In this document: piece after piece, positions 63,846 through 64,000 of the stretch | Layout of the letters: each line of letters opens with the position of its first letter | How positions within the stretch are numbered: the stretch's first letter is position 1 | Assembly: GCA_964603985.1 (NCBI GenBank) | Contig: CAZRXG010000001.1 | Coordinates: forward strand, 10,178-74,177 | Direction: 5' to 3' | DNA: 64,000 nt | Source of the DNA: an uncultured Anaerolineae bacterium | GTDB lineage: Bacteria; Chloroflexota; Anaerolineae; Aggregatilineales; UBA3940 | The notes under the pieces: generated by a model | The model's database searches: none | Seen by the model: the letters and a program-made list of their open reading frames with translations, nothing else | What the model was told of the DNA's origin: nothing | Made by a program: the position numbers and the translations under genes

Positions 63846-64000
63846 ATGCCGGTAGCTACGAGTGTGGAAAAGACAAAGTCGGCTACAGACAACAGCAGTA
63901 TAATGGATGTCAGTCCGTTGGGGCGGTCACACTTCGATTGGATGGACCGGTTCAGGAAGGTAGAGCGTCAAGTGGCTAAATGTGTTCTTGTAGTCGACGA
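63846..64000 (+). CDS. Possible response regulator, 5' fragment (runs off the window end)
   Basis: The frame is open from the ATG at 63846 to the edge. My translation is MPVATSVEKTKSATDNSSIMDVSPLGRSHFDWMDRFRKVERQVAKCVLVVDD. The terminal CVLVVDD resembles the start of a receiver domain. That is very limited evidence. Confidence 0.35.
   Translation, partial: MPVATSVEKTKSATDNSSIMDVSPLGRSHFDWMDRFRKVERQVAKCVLVVD

Noticed and set aside
63479-63979. The 166-aa track ORF spanning the end of the lipoprotein gene to near the window end.
   Set aside because: It runs through two strong intrinsic terminators and the recurring motif sites, and has no motif. A different frame (63846 onward) ends in a receiver-like VLVVDD.

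Overview
64-kb chromosomal window from a GC-rich bacterium. The gene style (fused TfrB-like SdhB, citramalate-type Ile pathway, T/P-rich lipoprotein linkers, many GT4/GT-C glycan genes) suggests a Chloroflexi-like lineage, but that is inference only because no search was possible. Left to right: System II cytochrome c maturation (partial ccsA, resB); a DUF123 nuclease-like gene; a feoA-feoB operon with FeoB split into two coupled ORFs behind a consensus promoter and a palindromic operator; a SWIM protein; a DMT transporter. Next is a lower-GC block (about 6.8-15.6 kb) of secreted/lipoprotein beta-propeller proteins, an AlgJ/SGNH-like enzyme, and a beta-helix plus GH-A-like lipoprotein bracketed by a 241-bp direct repeat. 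Then an sdhA, sdhB::CCG fusion and class I fumarase alpha/beta operon with no membrane-anchor genes; a GT2/SDR pair; DinB; a response regulator; a PRTase; uvrC; EthD; a 1093-aa GT-C-like membrane protein; a Cache-HAMP protein; a tightly coupled 7-gene nucleotide-sugar/GT operon; and tsaE. The 12.7-kb ilvD-ilvBNC-leuA-leuCD-cimA-leuB operon is preceded by a strong promoter and two tandem Ile/Leu/Val-rich leader-peptide plus terminator units, which I consider the most interesting signal. The window ends with a FecBCD/BtuFCD-type importer whose ATPase is fused to a THEP1-like NTPase, and a Yip1, MacB-type ABC, IPT/CARDB surface protein and lipoprotein cluster that shares a recurring upstream motif with a downstream response-regulator gene. 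I recognised no rRNA, intact tRNA, CRISPR array, transposase or integrase. All functional calls come from reading motifs by eye. Start codons were revised where an SD-like sequence or a neighbouring gene made the ORF-track start unlikely.
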